The notes below the pieces were generated by a model. That model was given only the letters and a program-made list of their open reading frames with translations. It made no database searches and was not told the DNA's origin. Shown here in pieces: positions 11,247 through 20,408 of a DNA stretch of 64,000 nt. The stretch lies in the NCBI GenBank assembly GCA_043745805.1, contig JAYTSD010000017.1, forward strand, positions 191,345 to 255,344, given 5' to 3'. The position numbers and the translations under genes are program-made. The DNA comes from Fibrobacteria bacterium (GTDB taxonomy: Bacteria > Fibrobacterota > Fibrobacteria > UBA11236). Every line of letters begins with the position of its first letter. The first letter of the stretch is position 1.

Positions 11247-12959
11247 TTACTCTCCCCAATCGATAATGGAATAGGTGTAGCCTTGTTCAGTTAAAAACAA
11301 TTGACGGTTCATACCAAATTCTTGTTCCTTGGTATCACGCGTAATTAAAGTATAAAAGTGGGCTAAAGCGCCATTGGCCTTTGGTCTCAATACTCTACCC
11401 AATCGTTGAGCCTCTTCTTGACGGCTTCCAAAAGTTCCCGAGATTTGAATCAAAATATTCGCATCGGGAATATCGATAGCAAAGTTACCTACCTTACTCA
11501 CCATCAAGGTTTCGATAACGCCGTCACGAAATTCTTTAAAGAGTACTTCTCTATCAGGATTCGAAGTGGCTCCAGTGATAAGCGGCACTTTGAGTAAAGT
11601 AGATAAAGCATCTAATTGCTCTAAATATTGACCGATAATTAAAACCCGTTCATGTTTATGCTTCACCAATAACTCTTGCACCACGGCAAATTTTTCGCGA
11701 TTACAGGAAGCCAACATCACCTTCTGGCGCAAATCAGCCATGGCATAGGTCATTTTTGCTTCGGGCCGTAAACTTACGCGTACTTCGGTACAATCGGCGG
11801 TGGCAATCCAGCCTTGTTGTTCCAGTACCTTCCAAGGTACCTCAAATTTTTTCGGACCAATTAAAGAGAACACATCTTTTTGGCGTCCATCTTCACGAAT
11901 TAAAGTGGCCGTCAAACCTAAACGACGTGTCGCTTGCATTTCCGCTGAAATACGAAATACCGGTGCTGGCAAAAGATGAACTTCATCATAAATAATCAAT
12001 CCCCAATTATTCCGCTGGAATAAATCGAAATGAGGATAATCTTCGGTTTTACGTTTGCGATAGGTAATAATTTGATAAGTCGCTACCGTAACTGGCGCAA
12101 TACATTTAAGATCGCCGGTATATTCAGAAACTTGTGCCGGTATTAAAGTCGTTTTATCTAAAATTTCACGTATCCATTGGCGCGCAGCCGTTACGTTGGT
12201 CGTTAAAATTAAGGTTTGTGTTTTGCAGTGAGCCATAATAGCTAAACCCACTAAGGTTTTTCCTGCACCGCAAGGCAAAACAATAACACCGGACCCACCT
12301 TTTTCGCTACCTCCAGCATGAAAAACTCTTGCTCCATCAACTTGATAATCACGCAAATTAAGAGGTTTATTGTCTGACAACATAGCGGATCGCAAGGTAA
12401 CATCCAGCGGAGTACCCACGGTGTAACCCGCTAAATCTTCGGCTGGAAAACCAATTTGCGTCAAAGCCATTTTCACTAAACCACGCGAATGAGGCATTAA
12501 TACTAATTGATGTTCATTTAATTCTTTTTCGATATAATTGGCAATTTGCTTATTGTGTTTTATTTCATTAAGCAAAGCTTCATCTTCAGTTTCTAAAACC
12601 AATTGACCATCTACACGGATGATACGGACCAAGCCATAGCGACCCATAAAGGTTTCAATTTCGTATACCAAATTATGAGGCAAGTCGAAGCGGGAAAATT
12701 TACGCAGAGTTTCCAAAATGGTTTCTGCGGTTTGACCCGAAGCTGCTGCATTCCACAAGGATAAATGGGAAATGGCATAGGTGTGTATATGCTCTGGACT
12801 TTTAACCAGCTCCGTAAAAGCAGCGATAGAATCACGAGCTTCCGTGTACATTGGATGGGCCACTTCTAAAAGTGCCGTCATATCGCCCTGTACGATTAGT
12901 GGTCCTGGTTGTGTCGATTGGATTGAGGATGGAATCAATTGTACCTCGGAATTACCCAT
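11247..12959 (-). CDS. XPB/Ssl2-like DNA repair helicase
   Basis: N-terminal ELVKSPEHIHTY domain, LPCGAGKT, DEVH, SGTFGSRQEEAQRLGR. Confidence 0.92.
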   Translation of the reverse strand: MGNSEVQLIPSSIQSTQPGPLIVQGDMTALLEVAHPMYTEARDSIAAFTELVKSPEHIHTYAISHLSLWNAAASGQTAETILETLRKFSRFDLPHNLVYEIETFMGRYGLVRIIRVDGQLVLETEDEALLNEIKHNKQIANYIEKELNEHQLVLMPHSRGLVKMALTQIGFPAEDLAGYTVGTPLDVTLRSAMLSDNKPLNLRDYQVDGARVFHAGGSEKGGSGVIVLPCGAGKTLVGLAIMAHCKTQTLILTTNVTAARQWIREILDKTTLIPAQVSEYTGDLKCIAPVTVATYQIITYRKRKTEDYPHFDLFQRNNWGLIIYDEVHLLPAPVFRISAEMQATRRLGLTATLIREDGRQKDVFSLIGPKKFEVPWKVLEQQGWIATADCTEVRVSLRPEAKMTYAMADLRQKVMLASCNREKFAVVQELLVKHKHERVLIIGQYLEQLDALSTLLKVPLITGATSNPDREVLFKEFRDGVIETLMVSKVGNFAIDIPDANILIQISGTFGSRQEEAQRLGRVLRPKANGALAHFYTLITRDTKEQEFGMNRQLFLTEQGYTYSIIDWGE

Positions 12960-13121
12960 TGTTTACCTATGGCGAAAAATTTTACAAAAAACCAAATGTC
13001 ATCCAGTTCTCTGGGCTTTTAGCCACCAAAATTGAGAACCGCAATTTACAATTTTATTAAGTAATAGATAAGGGACTAGGGCTATTTTTGGAAAATTTGC
13101 CACTTTATTGCTGGATTTCAG

Positions 13122-13886
13122 CTACTGACCTGGTATTGCTGCCAATAAATGTTGGGTGTATTCATGCTCGGGTTGGGAAAAAAGCTCTTCTGAGGATTTC
13201 ATTTCCACAATTTCACCTTTTTTCATTACCGCAACGTTATCGGAAACATGTTTAATCACGCGCAAATCATGGGAAATAAATAAATAACTCAAATTGAATT
13301 GTTCTTTTAAATCCAATAATAAATTCAAAATTTGGGCTTGGATAGAAACATCCAACGAAGAAACTGGTTCATCACAAACAATAAATTCAGGCTCCACGCA
13401 TAAAGCACGTGCAATGCCAAGGCGTTGTCTTTGGCCTCCAGAAAATTCATGAGGGTAACGCGCAAGATAACTAGGGTCTAGGCCTACGGAGCGCATTTTG
13501 GTGGCGGCTATTTCGTCCCAAACTTTTTCTTCCCCAGGATGGCCTAGACTTAAAGCCTCTCTAAGACTTCGGCGCAGGGTAAGCTTGGGGTCGAGTGAGG
13601 AATAAGGATCTTGAAAAATAATTTGGATTTTTTTGCGATAAGGCAAAAAGGCCTTTTCTGAAAGCGGTAATATATCTTCGTCTTGAAATTCAATTTTTCC
13701 ACTTTTAGGTTGTAGTAATTTAATGATAGAACGTCCGACCGTGGTTTTACCACAGCCCGATTCCCCGACTAATCCTAAGGTGGAATGTTTGGGAATATTA
13801 AAACTAACATCGCGTACAGCTCTCACAAGGCTTTCACCACGGCCGTATTCCACACAAAGATTTTTGACTGCTAATAAATCAGGCAT
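13122..13886 (-). CDS. Oligopeptide/dipeptide ABC transporter ATP-binding protein (OppF/DppF-like)
   Basis: GESGCGKT, YPHEFSGGQRQR, CDEPVSSLDVSIQAQILNLL. Confidence 0.9.
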   Translation of the reverse strand: MPDLLAVKNLCVEYGRGESLVRAVRDVSFNIPKHSTLGLVGESGCGKTTVGRSIIKLLQPKSGKIEFQDEDILPLSEKAFLPYRKKIQIIFQDPYSSLDPKLTLRRSLREALSLGHPGEEKVWDEIAATKMRSVGLDPSYLARYPHEFSGGQRQRLGIARALCVEPEFIVCDEPVSSLDVSIQAQILNLLLDLKEQFNLSYLFISHDLRVIKHVSDNVAVMKKGEIVEMKSSEELFSQPEHEYTQHLLAAIPGQ

Positions 13887-14025
13887 GAGGGAAAGATAAA
13901 AAAATCTTGCGTGCTTCTAAAGAGAAGCTGCTTAAATTAATCAGCGACAGTATAATCGTTACCGCGCTGCTTAGGATTAGGACATCAATTTAGGAAGAGG
14001 CTTATGCTCCTTACTAACTGTCTTT

Positions 14026-15012
14026 TCATTTGCTTTTAGTAGATGGATTTGTAGCCTTTAGTATTTCGTCTAAACCTATCTCCACCGTAAAGCGATGTGT
14101 TTGTCCTAGTGACAACTCACTGCTTTGACTGGTCTGAAACGCATACTGTACAGCTACTCCAGAAAAATTAAAACCCAATCCTCCGGTGAATAGCATATTG
14201 TCTCGGCTATTTTGAAATATACTATTGGCCCCACCTCGCACAAAAATGCTCCAATTATCTTTGGAGAAACCATACTCCAAACCACCAAAGCCTTTATAAT
14301 TGCTCGCTACACCATTTATTCCTTCGGTGTATTCCACATCTTTTTTGTTGGCAATATCCGTGGCCACAGTAATCTGATGATGAGCATTGCTCCAAATATA
14401 ACCCAAACCGTAGCGCAGTTCCGGTTCAATTTTATCACCCATCATATCGGCGCCTAATGAATGCCCAGCAATACCGAAGCGAAAACCATATGGAAATTGC
14501 GTGAGAAATCCTAAATCAAAACCTGTTCCCGCACCATTATCGTTACCGCTGCTCAGCACATAGCGATTAATACTCACACCTATACTGGTATGTTGAAAGC
14601 CCAATAAGTTGTCCCAAAGCTCACGACCACCAGCTAACGAGAAATCATGCTCGACCCAATTATTCGTTTTGTAAGTATCGGTATTACCTTCTTCCAAATT
14701 TGCGTACTGCATCAACCAGCCACCTGCTAAAACTCCCACACCACTGATAGGAAATACACTGTTGAAATAATTCACATTCAATCCGGATATATCCTTCAGC
14801 AACCAATTCGTTTCCGAAAAAGTAATTCCTTTGATTTGAGGAAGCCCTGCTGGATTCCAATAAGTGGCCGAGGCATCATTTGCGATGGCGACAAATGCCC
14901 CGCCCATACCAAAGCCGCGTGTTCCCATTTGTAAATCCAATGGTTTGGAAATACTATATGTTACGCTGAGGGAAATGCCCAATAAGAGTCGAAGCCAATT
15001 TTTGTTTTGCAT
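14026..15012 (-). CDS. PorV/PorQ-family outer-membrane beta-barrel protein
   Basis: Signal peptide; 'GTRGFGMGGAFVAIANDASATYWNPAGL' FadL/PorV N-terminal signature; C-terminal 'LGQTHRFTV'. Confidence 0.8.
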   Translation of the reverse strand: MQNKNWLRLLLGISLSVTYSISKPLDLQMGTRGFGMGGAFVAIANDASATYWNPAGLPQIKGITFSETNWLLKDISGLNVNYFNSVFPISGVGVLAGGWLMQYANLEEGNTDTYKTNNWVEHDFSLAGGRELWDNLLGFQHTSIGVSINRYVLSSGNDNGAGTGFDLGFLTQFPYGFRFGIAGHSLGADMMGDKIEPELRYGLGYIWSNAHHQITVATDIANKKDVEYTEGINGVASNYKGFGGLEYGFSKDNWSIFVRGGANSIFQNSRDNMLFTGGLGFNFSGVAVQYAFQTSQSSELSLGQTHRFTVEIGLDEILKATNPSTKSK

Positions 15013-15021
15013 AGTCCCTCC

Positions 15022-18000
15022 TTATTTCTTCACCAGCCCAAGGGGCTTGCGGATGAGTTGTGAAATTTTGCCATCATCAGATACGTATTTAAAGACATAA
15101 ACATAAAGTCCTGCACCTGCGAATTTGCCGGATACATTTTGCCCATCCCATTCTTCTGAAAATGTGCCAGCACTTTTTACCGTTTGCAAAGGAATGATTT
15201 CCCTGGCCATATCACCTGCTAAATCAAGAATATGCAAGGATACTTTTCCTGCCGCAGGCAATTGATAATTGAATACCGCAGGTTGATTTTGATGGATAGG
15301 ATTGTGATTCCAATATACCTTAAGTTTGGTGGGAAGGGGCGCGATATCCGAAGCTAGATCATATAGGGTAAAATGATTTACAGTTACCGTAACACGATGG
15401 TTAATTAAGTCGCGACTTGACTCTCCCGCTTTGACCCACGTAGAACCATCCCAAAAAACAATGCTCAGGGTTTTGGGGTCAATATCGGGAATACCATCTT
15501 GGTTTTTATCCAAATCCGCTTCAGTATACGATAAAGTAAGTGTTACAGGTTTACGGAATATGGTTTTATCCGGTCCATATTCATGGGGCACGCCTAAAAG
15601 CTTAATTTGGTTGTCCAAAGGTTTTGGCTCTTCGATAGGATCCACAATACGAACTGTTACCTCCAGAGGATGGTATAAAGATTGGGCTGGGATAGTTACC
15701 CCGCTGCCATCAGGGCTAGTAATGGTGGCCGCAGAATCGGGCTTCACTAAAACGGTGACCTTCGGTTCAATAAATGTTACTTCGCCGGATACTGTATCGA
15801 TATTCCCTGCCCTATCTCCCGTAACTAAGAGGATACGGTTTTTTCCCGGCACCAAATTAATGATGCGGCTGAATTTTCCTTGGTCCAACGGAATACCGTT
15901 AGGACTGTTGTTAACATGCGCAGCACTATCATTGAGCACAACTAAGTTCACAAAGGCCATGCCTGAGCCTCCGCTATCGCTAAAATTGCCCTTCATCACC
16001 AATTTTTCGCTATATACTTCCCCGTGCACACTATCCGCTCCGCGTACAGGTTTAGGAAGCAAATTGAATACAGCAATAGGTGCAATATTGTCCAGTACCA
16101 CAAAGCTTTGTAAGGTGGTATCATTGCCCAAAGCATCACGTCCACGTAAGGAATAAAGAATTGCTCCTGAAGTATCATTGTTAACATTCACAGTTGTGCT
16201 AAACACATTGTCACCCGCCACTAAGTCACCGTTCAAACCGTCATCATGCATAATTAAGGTTTGAGGAGTCGTCGCAATTTTCGCTGTGTATAACACCATC
16301 GCAGAATCCTTATCTAAGCCAGCAATATAATCCAAGCCTAGGGCCGAAATTACGAGTGGCAAACCTTTTTTACTTATGCTGCCATTATCAGGATAGCGCA
16401 CCGAAGGCATGCTAATTTTTGGGGCGGAATTATCAATTTGCATAGAGACGATAGAGGACAAACCATTTTTTCCACTGCCATCCGTGCTACGTATTTGTAA
16501 TGTGAAAGCCCCATCTTTAAATAATCGCGTATCCCAATTAAAGGTGGAATCCGACGCAACTTGCCAAGCGCCACCCGCTAAAGCAATTTCATTTTTAACA
16601 ATGACATCGGGCGCTACAGCCTTAGCCTTAAAGCGTACTGTCGTTAAACCGTTCACTAAAGCCGCCGGAGTTGGGTTATTAATAGTTACCGTAGGCGCAT
16701 TGCGAATATTAAACTTCACAATCGTGGAGAAAGCCGTCTTGCGATTGCTATCGCGCACCTGTAATTGCAATTGATGCGCCCCTTCAGTTAGAGCACGAGT
16801 GTCTAGGATCAAAGTTGAATCTGTATTCGTAGCTCGCCAGTTACCTCCATCCAGAGCATAAAAAGTCGAATCTACAAGTGCAGGCGCCATGGCTGATGCG
16901 TTGAAAAGCAAAGCTAGTTGCCCAGACACTGTCGAATCCGCCAAAGTTGTCAATAAGCGAATACTTGGAGCATTTTTACTGAGAACGGTAACCAGTAAAG
17001 ACCAACCGACTTTAGCATTATTATCCGTGCTTTTAATTTGGAAAGTATGCGAACCGTCGATCCAAGCCACAGTAACCACGCTATCAACACCCGCAAGGCT
17101 CAAGGATGCATTCGCCTTACCGTCGACGTATAAAGAATCTGTAGCAATTGTCGCAATGCCTTTAGGCGTAACGGTGTAGGTCAGGGCAACTTTTCCGGAG
17201 ACCGCAGATCCAGCTATGGGCGTGGTTAACACAACAGTGGGTCCATTCTGTATCAAATAACTTACAACTTGGGAAGTCGCTTGCCCACCAGCGGTATTGG
17301 TTACCCTGATTTGTACCGTATGATTTCCTTCACTTAAATTCGCCGTATTCCAGGTATGCGTTGTTGTCGTAGTCGTAGCAATATAGGCCGCACCATCAAT
17401 AGATATTTCCGTAACCGTGATGCTACCTGAACCTGCTGTAGTTGTAAAGGCTATAGTTTGCGTTCCTGAAAGCGTACTACCTGGAGTGGGTGTGCTTAAG
17501 CTGACAGTAGGTAAACTGCTGCTACCGCTGCCATTACCAATGGTCAAGGGTACTAAACGATCCAAGGCTAAACCACGAATATTGGTTACGCGAAAAATTA
17601 AAGTGTCGGATCCGTTGGCCAGATTGGTTACGTTCCAAGATCCAGACCACTCCCCTGCCCTAGCAATTCGAGTTAAATCAATTTTAGTGGTGGTATCCGA
17701 TGCACGAAAATATTTTACCGAAACAATGGAATCTACACCTGAACCTGCTAAACCATTATCCTGCGCAAAGACACGCAAATTCACAACACCTTCTACGGTT
17801 GCATCATCGACCGGAAAAATCACTTGGGAATAGGGTGCGCCTAATTGTAATTCTGGCCAACCAATTGAGGAATATATACCCCCATTATTATCCAAAATCA
17901 CACCATCGCTATTGGGAGAATATTCCCAATAATAATCCGCTACGGCTCCCGCTTTGGCATCATGATAACGGATGAAAAATCCCATCGGAGAATTTGCAGA

Positions 18001-19305
18001 AAAGTTTAGATCTTGTGCATCACCCGTGCGGTTAATTTGGAATTCGTATTCATAATTTCCTGCTGCAAAACGTTTACCCATTGCTGTTTGACCTGCCGCC
18101 ACATCAGCGATCCAACTTGTTGCCCCCCAATGTTGATCGTTCGCTAGCACAAAAGCATTTTCCGTCGCTTTCAATGCATTTTCTTTGCCTGCATCTAGGA
18201 TATAATTTCGCACCGCACTTGGACTGGTGGCATAACTTTGTTCTTGATAAACGATGCAAGTATCACCCGCATCATTAGTAGGATCCACTACTTTAAGACC
18301 TACATAAATATTTTTATTGGTAACATCTTCCACAGAGTAAAGTGTGGCCGGTAAAGTATGCCCATTAAAATCTGTTAGCGTGATACTGCGGCGATATGAT
18401 CCACGCCAAGCATCATCGGGGGTCGTACCACCGGAAATATTGCCATCGATAATAGGATTGCCATTGGCATTGAAGGTGGAATAAAAAGTGAGAAAAGATC
18501 GTTTCACACCTAAACGTAAATCAGCCCAACCGGGCAATGAATCAGGGCGTGTTTTAGAACGATTAGTTTCAATCCAGTTATAAGTTTTATTTCCGCCTTG
18601 TTCAAAGGCTTCAATATATAACCCTAATTCCTGGTTATTGGTTACATTGAGATAGGAATTATTATCATTAATGGTATTTCCATTCAAGGGAATTTTATAT
18701 TCCGCTTGTACAAAGGAAGATCCTAAATTACTTCCCGATCCGCTAAATACGGCTGCATTAGTATTGGCTATCCAAGTCGTACCATTATAGGATCCTTCCT
18801 CCTTGGTATTATTATTCGGAAATACTTTTGCATAGTATTCTGCATTATTTATTCCGGCTCCACCACCTTGCAAAAGATCATCATGATTGCCTCCACCTAT
18901 GCCTTGATCAAAATGTAGGGTAAGGTAATTTCCTACTGCGGAATTGCTTAAGTTAGTCGTAATACCAACATAGAGATAATTATCATCATTCATTAAATAA
19001 AGCGTTGCAAGTGCAGAATCCGCACCACTCGCTGTTTTCAATCGCACTTGGCGTACAAAAGCATTTTTCCACTCATCATATTCTACACCGGCAGATCCAA
19101 GCGGTGCATTATTGGTTTTGTCCGTAACACTACCGTTAATTTTAGGGGGAACGCTTGTGTAAGCACTGTATAATTGTAGAGCTTTGCCTTGTCCGTCCGA
19201 AATATGTGCAAAAGATGCTGGGGCGAGTATCGCTATACATCCAAAGCTTGCGCATAATGTTTTCCGTATCGTGTGATGAAACGTTTTTTTACATCCGCCT
19301 GTCAT
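15022..19305 (-). CDS. Large secreted multidomain protein: 2x CBM9/DOMON-like, Ig-like repeats, choice-of-anchor-X-like motif, ZU5-like domain, FlgD-Ig C-terminal sorting domain
   Basis: ATG at 19305 with AAGGAGG RBS (1427 aa) and a signal peptide. Repeated 'W-N/D-T...EG.HT.Q' Ig units, 'MHDDGLNGDLVAGDNVFS', and C-terminal 'WDGQNVSGKFAGAGLYVY'. Confidence 0.8.
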   Translation of the reverse strand: MTGGCKKTFHHTIRKTLCASFGCIAILAPASFAHISDGQGKALQLYSAYTSVPPKINGSVTDKTNNAPLGSAGVEYDEWKNAFVRQVRLKTASGADSALATLYLMNDDNYLYVGITTNLSNSAVGNYLTLHFDQGIGGGNHDDLLQGGGAGINNAEYYAKVFPNNNTKEEGSYNGTTWIANTNAAVFSGSGSNLGSSFVQAEYKIPLNGNTINDNNSYLNVTNNQELGLYIEAFEQGGNKTYNWIETNRSKTRPDSLPGWADLRLGVKRSFLTFYSTFNANGNPIIDGNISGGTTPDDAWRGSYRRSITLTDFNGHTLPATLYSVEDVTNKNIYVGLKVVDPTNDAGDTCIVYQEQSYATSPSAVRNYILDAGKENALKATENAFVLANDQHWGATSWIADVAAGQTAMGKRFAAGNYEYEFQINRTGDAQDLNFSANSPMGFFIRYHDAKAGAVADYYWEYSPNSDGVILDNNGGIYSSIGWPELQLGAPYSQVIFPVDDATVEGVVNLRVFAQDNGLAGSGVDSIVSVKYFRASDTTTKIDLTRIARAGEWSGSWNVTNLANGSDTLIFRVTNIRGLALDRLVPLTIGNGSGSSSLPTVSLSTPTPGSTLSGTQTIAFTTTAGSGSITVTEISIDGAAYIATTTTTTHTWNTANLSEGNHTVQIRVTNTAGGQATSQVVSYLIQNGPTVVLTTPIAGSAVSGKVALTYTVTPKGIATIATDSLYVDGKANASLSLAGVDSVVTVAWIDGSHTFQIKSTDNNAKVGWSLLVTVLSKNAPSIRLLTTLADSTVSGQLALLFNASAMAPALVDSTFYALDGGNWRATNTDSTLILDTRALTEGAHQLQLQVRDSNRKTAFSTIVKFNIRNAPTVTINNPTPAALVNGLTTVRFKAKAVAPDVIVKNEIALAGGAWQVASDSTFNWDTRLFKDGAFTLQIRSTDGSGKNGLSSIVSMQIDNSAPKISMPSVRYPDNGSISKKGLPLVISALGLDYIAGLDKDSAMVLYTAKIATTPQTLIMHDDGLNGDLVAGDNVFSTTVNVNNDTSGAILYSLRGRDALGNDTTLQSFVVLDNIAPIAVFNLLPKPVRGADSVHGEVYSEKLVMKGNFSDSGGSGMAFVNLVVLNDSAAHVNNSPNGIPLDQGKFSRIINLVPGKNRILLVTGDRAGNIDTVSGEVTFIEPKVTVLVKPDSAATITSPDGSGVTIPAQSLYHPLEVTVRIVDPIEEPKPLDNQIKLLGVPHEYGPDKTIFRKPVTLTLSYTEADLDKNQDGIPDIDPKTLSIVFWDGSTWVKAGESSRDLINHRVTVTVNHFTLYDLASDIAPLPTKLKVYWNHNPIHQNQPAVFNYQLPAAGKVSLHILDLAGDMAREIIPLQTVKSAGTFSEEWDGQNVSGKFAGAGLYVYVFKYVSDDGKISQLIRKPLGLVKK

Positions 19306-19522
19306 CGACGCCTCCTTATCATTTTTTTTATCTGGACTCAAAACTCATATAGTAAGCTTATTTGATTTTTGAATTGGAAATGAGATTCTCTAAAATTGAT
19401 TATCTAATAGATGAATCTCTTATTACTAGGTAAGATTTTAAAATTGGATATTTTTTTTGATGTAAGTATTACCGAAATAACTATCCTGATTTCCCAATCA
19501 AAAAAATATCTATAACAATTGG

Positions 19523-19540
19523 AAGCAAGGTTGATGCCTA
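19523..19540 (-). promoter_or_regulatory. Sigma54 -24/-12 promoter for the large surface protein/PorV unit
   Basis: Minus strand reads TAGGCATCAACCTTGCTT: GG-N10-GC with a TTGC -12 box. Confidence 0.75.
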
Positions 19541-19599
19541 AAAGAATTGGGCGAAATTTGTTTAATTGAGTCTATATTAAATTCAAGTAAAAAAAAAGA

Positions 19600-19617
19600 T
19601 GAGGCTATTTCACCCCA
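19600..19617. promoter_or_regulatory. Putative bEBP upstream activator site 1 (palindrome)
   Basis: TGAGGC-TATTTC-ACCCCA; matches the three other 18-bp sites. Confidence 0.65.
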
Positions 19618-19690
19618 CATTCAGTTAGAAATTTCTTTATAAATATTTTAATCCTATATAAACCAAGACTTTAGCAAGCCGTAATAATTG

Positions 19691-19708
19691 TGTAGTGATT
19701 TGACCCCA
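19691..19708. promoter_or_regulatory. Putative bEBP upstream activator site 2
   Basis: TGTAGT-GATTTG-ACCCCA, 91 bp from site 1. Confidence 0.6.
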
Positions 19709-19857
19709 AAAGTCTAAACGAATCGACGACTCTTACTCTATAGTATGTTAATCCTCTGCTTATTTTTTTCTTATAAAGAAATTTATGCCTTCCTCATTAT
19801 TATTGACCTATTTTTCTCCGGGTTAAAACAGATGTTAAAGGAGCAAGGAACTTGCCA

Positions 19858-20276
19858 ATGAACAAAGAAAAAATTTAGTCTCTTGGAGCGGAGGCAAGGA
19901 TAGTAGCCTAGTGCTGCACGAATTAATTCAGTCCGGTAAATATGCGATCGAAGCTCTGCTTTGCGTAATCAAAGAAAAAGATCAGAGTATTAATATGCAT
20001 GGAGTACCCGTTGGAAAAGTACTGATGCATTATTCCGAATTGGGTATAAATAAAACAGCCTATGGAGATTTGTTTTTAGAAGCTCTTCCACCAAGTATTG
20101 ATCGTTGAGGAGAGAATAGGGAATTTCATCCCTTTGTTTTTAATGGCCCGCTCTTTAAAAATCCCGTAGGTTTCCAAGCGGCTGCTTCGGTTTTGCAACA
20201 CTTCCGTGACGGAGCTCATGAATTTCTTTTAGGGTTTTGCGATCTAATACCATTAGAATTTAATACCGTATCTTAG
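19858..20276 (+). pseudogene. Degraded adenine-nucleotide alpha hydrolase (Dph6/MJ0570-like ATP pyrophosphatase)
   Basis: Reads MNKEKI[frameshift]LVSWSGGKDS...MHGVP...GDLFLE...LPPSIDR*GENREFHPFV...FCDL: a PP-loop, an in-frame TGA at 20106-20108 and large internal deletions. Confidence 0.8.
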
Positions 20277-20408
20277 TAGTTACCTTCTCTTCAATGGAAA
20301 TGCAAAAAATTTGCGGGCAATGTTTGCAAAGCGAAATAGAAAATGATAAATTTGGCTGAACCTCAGGATGCTTTTTGCAATGGTTAACTGGATTGGAAAT
20401 AGCGTAAA

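Noticed and set aside
15431-17975. Long plus-strand ORFs (241, 121, 96, 138 and 91 aa)
   Set aside because: Antisense shadows of the large minus-strand gene; no motifs or RBS.
20294-20359. Tiny CxxC-containing ORF (MEMQKICGQCLQ...) after the pseudogene
   Set aside because: Only 21 codons and no RBS; could be a remnant but cannot be supported.
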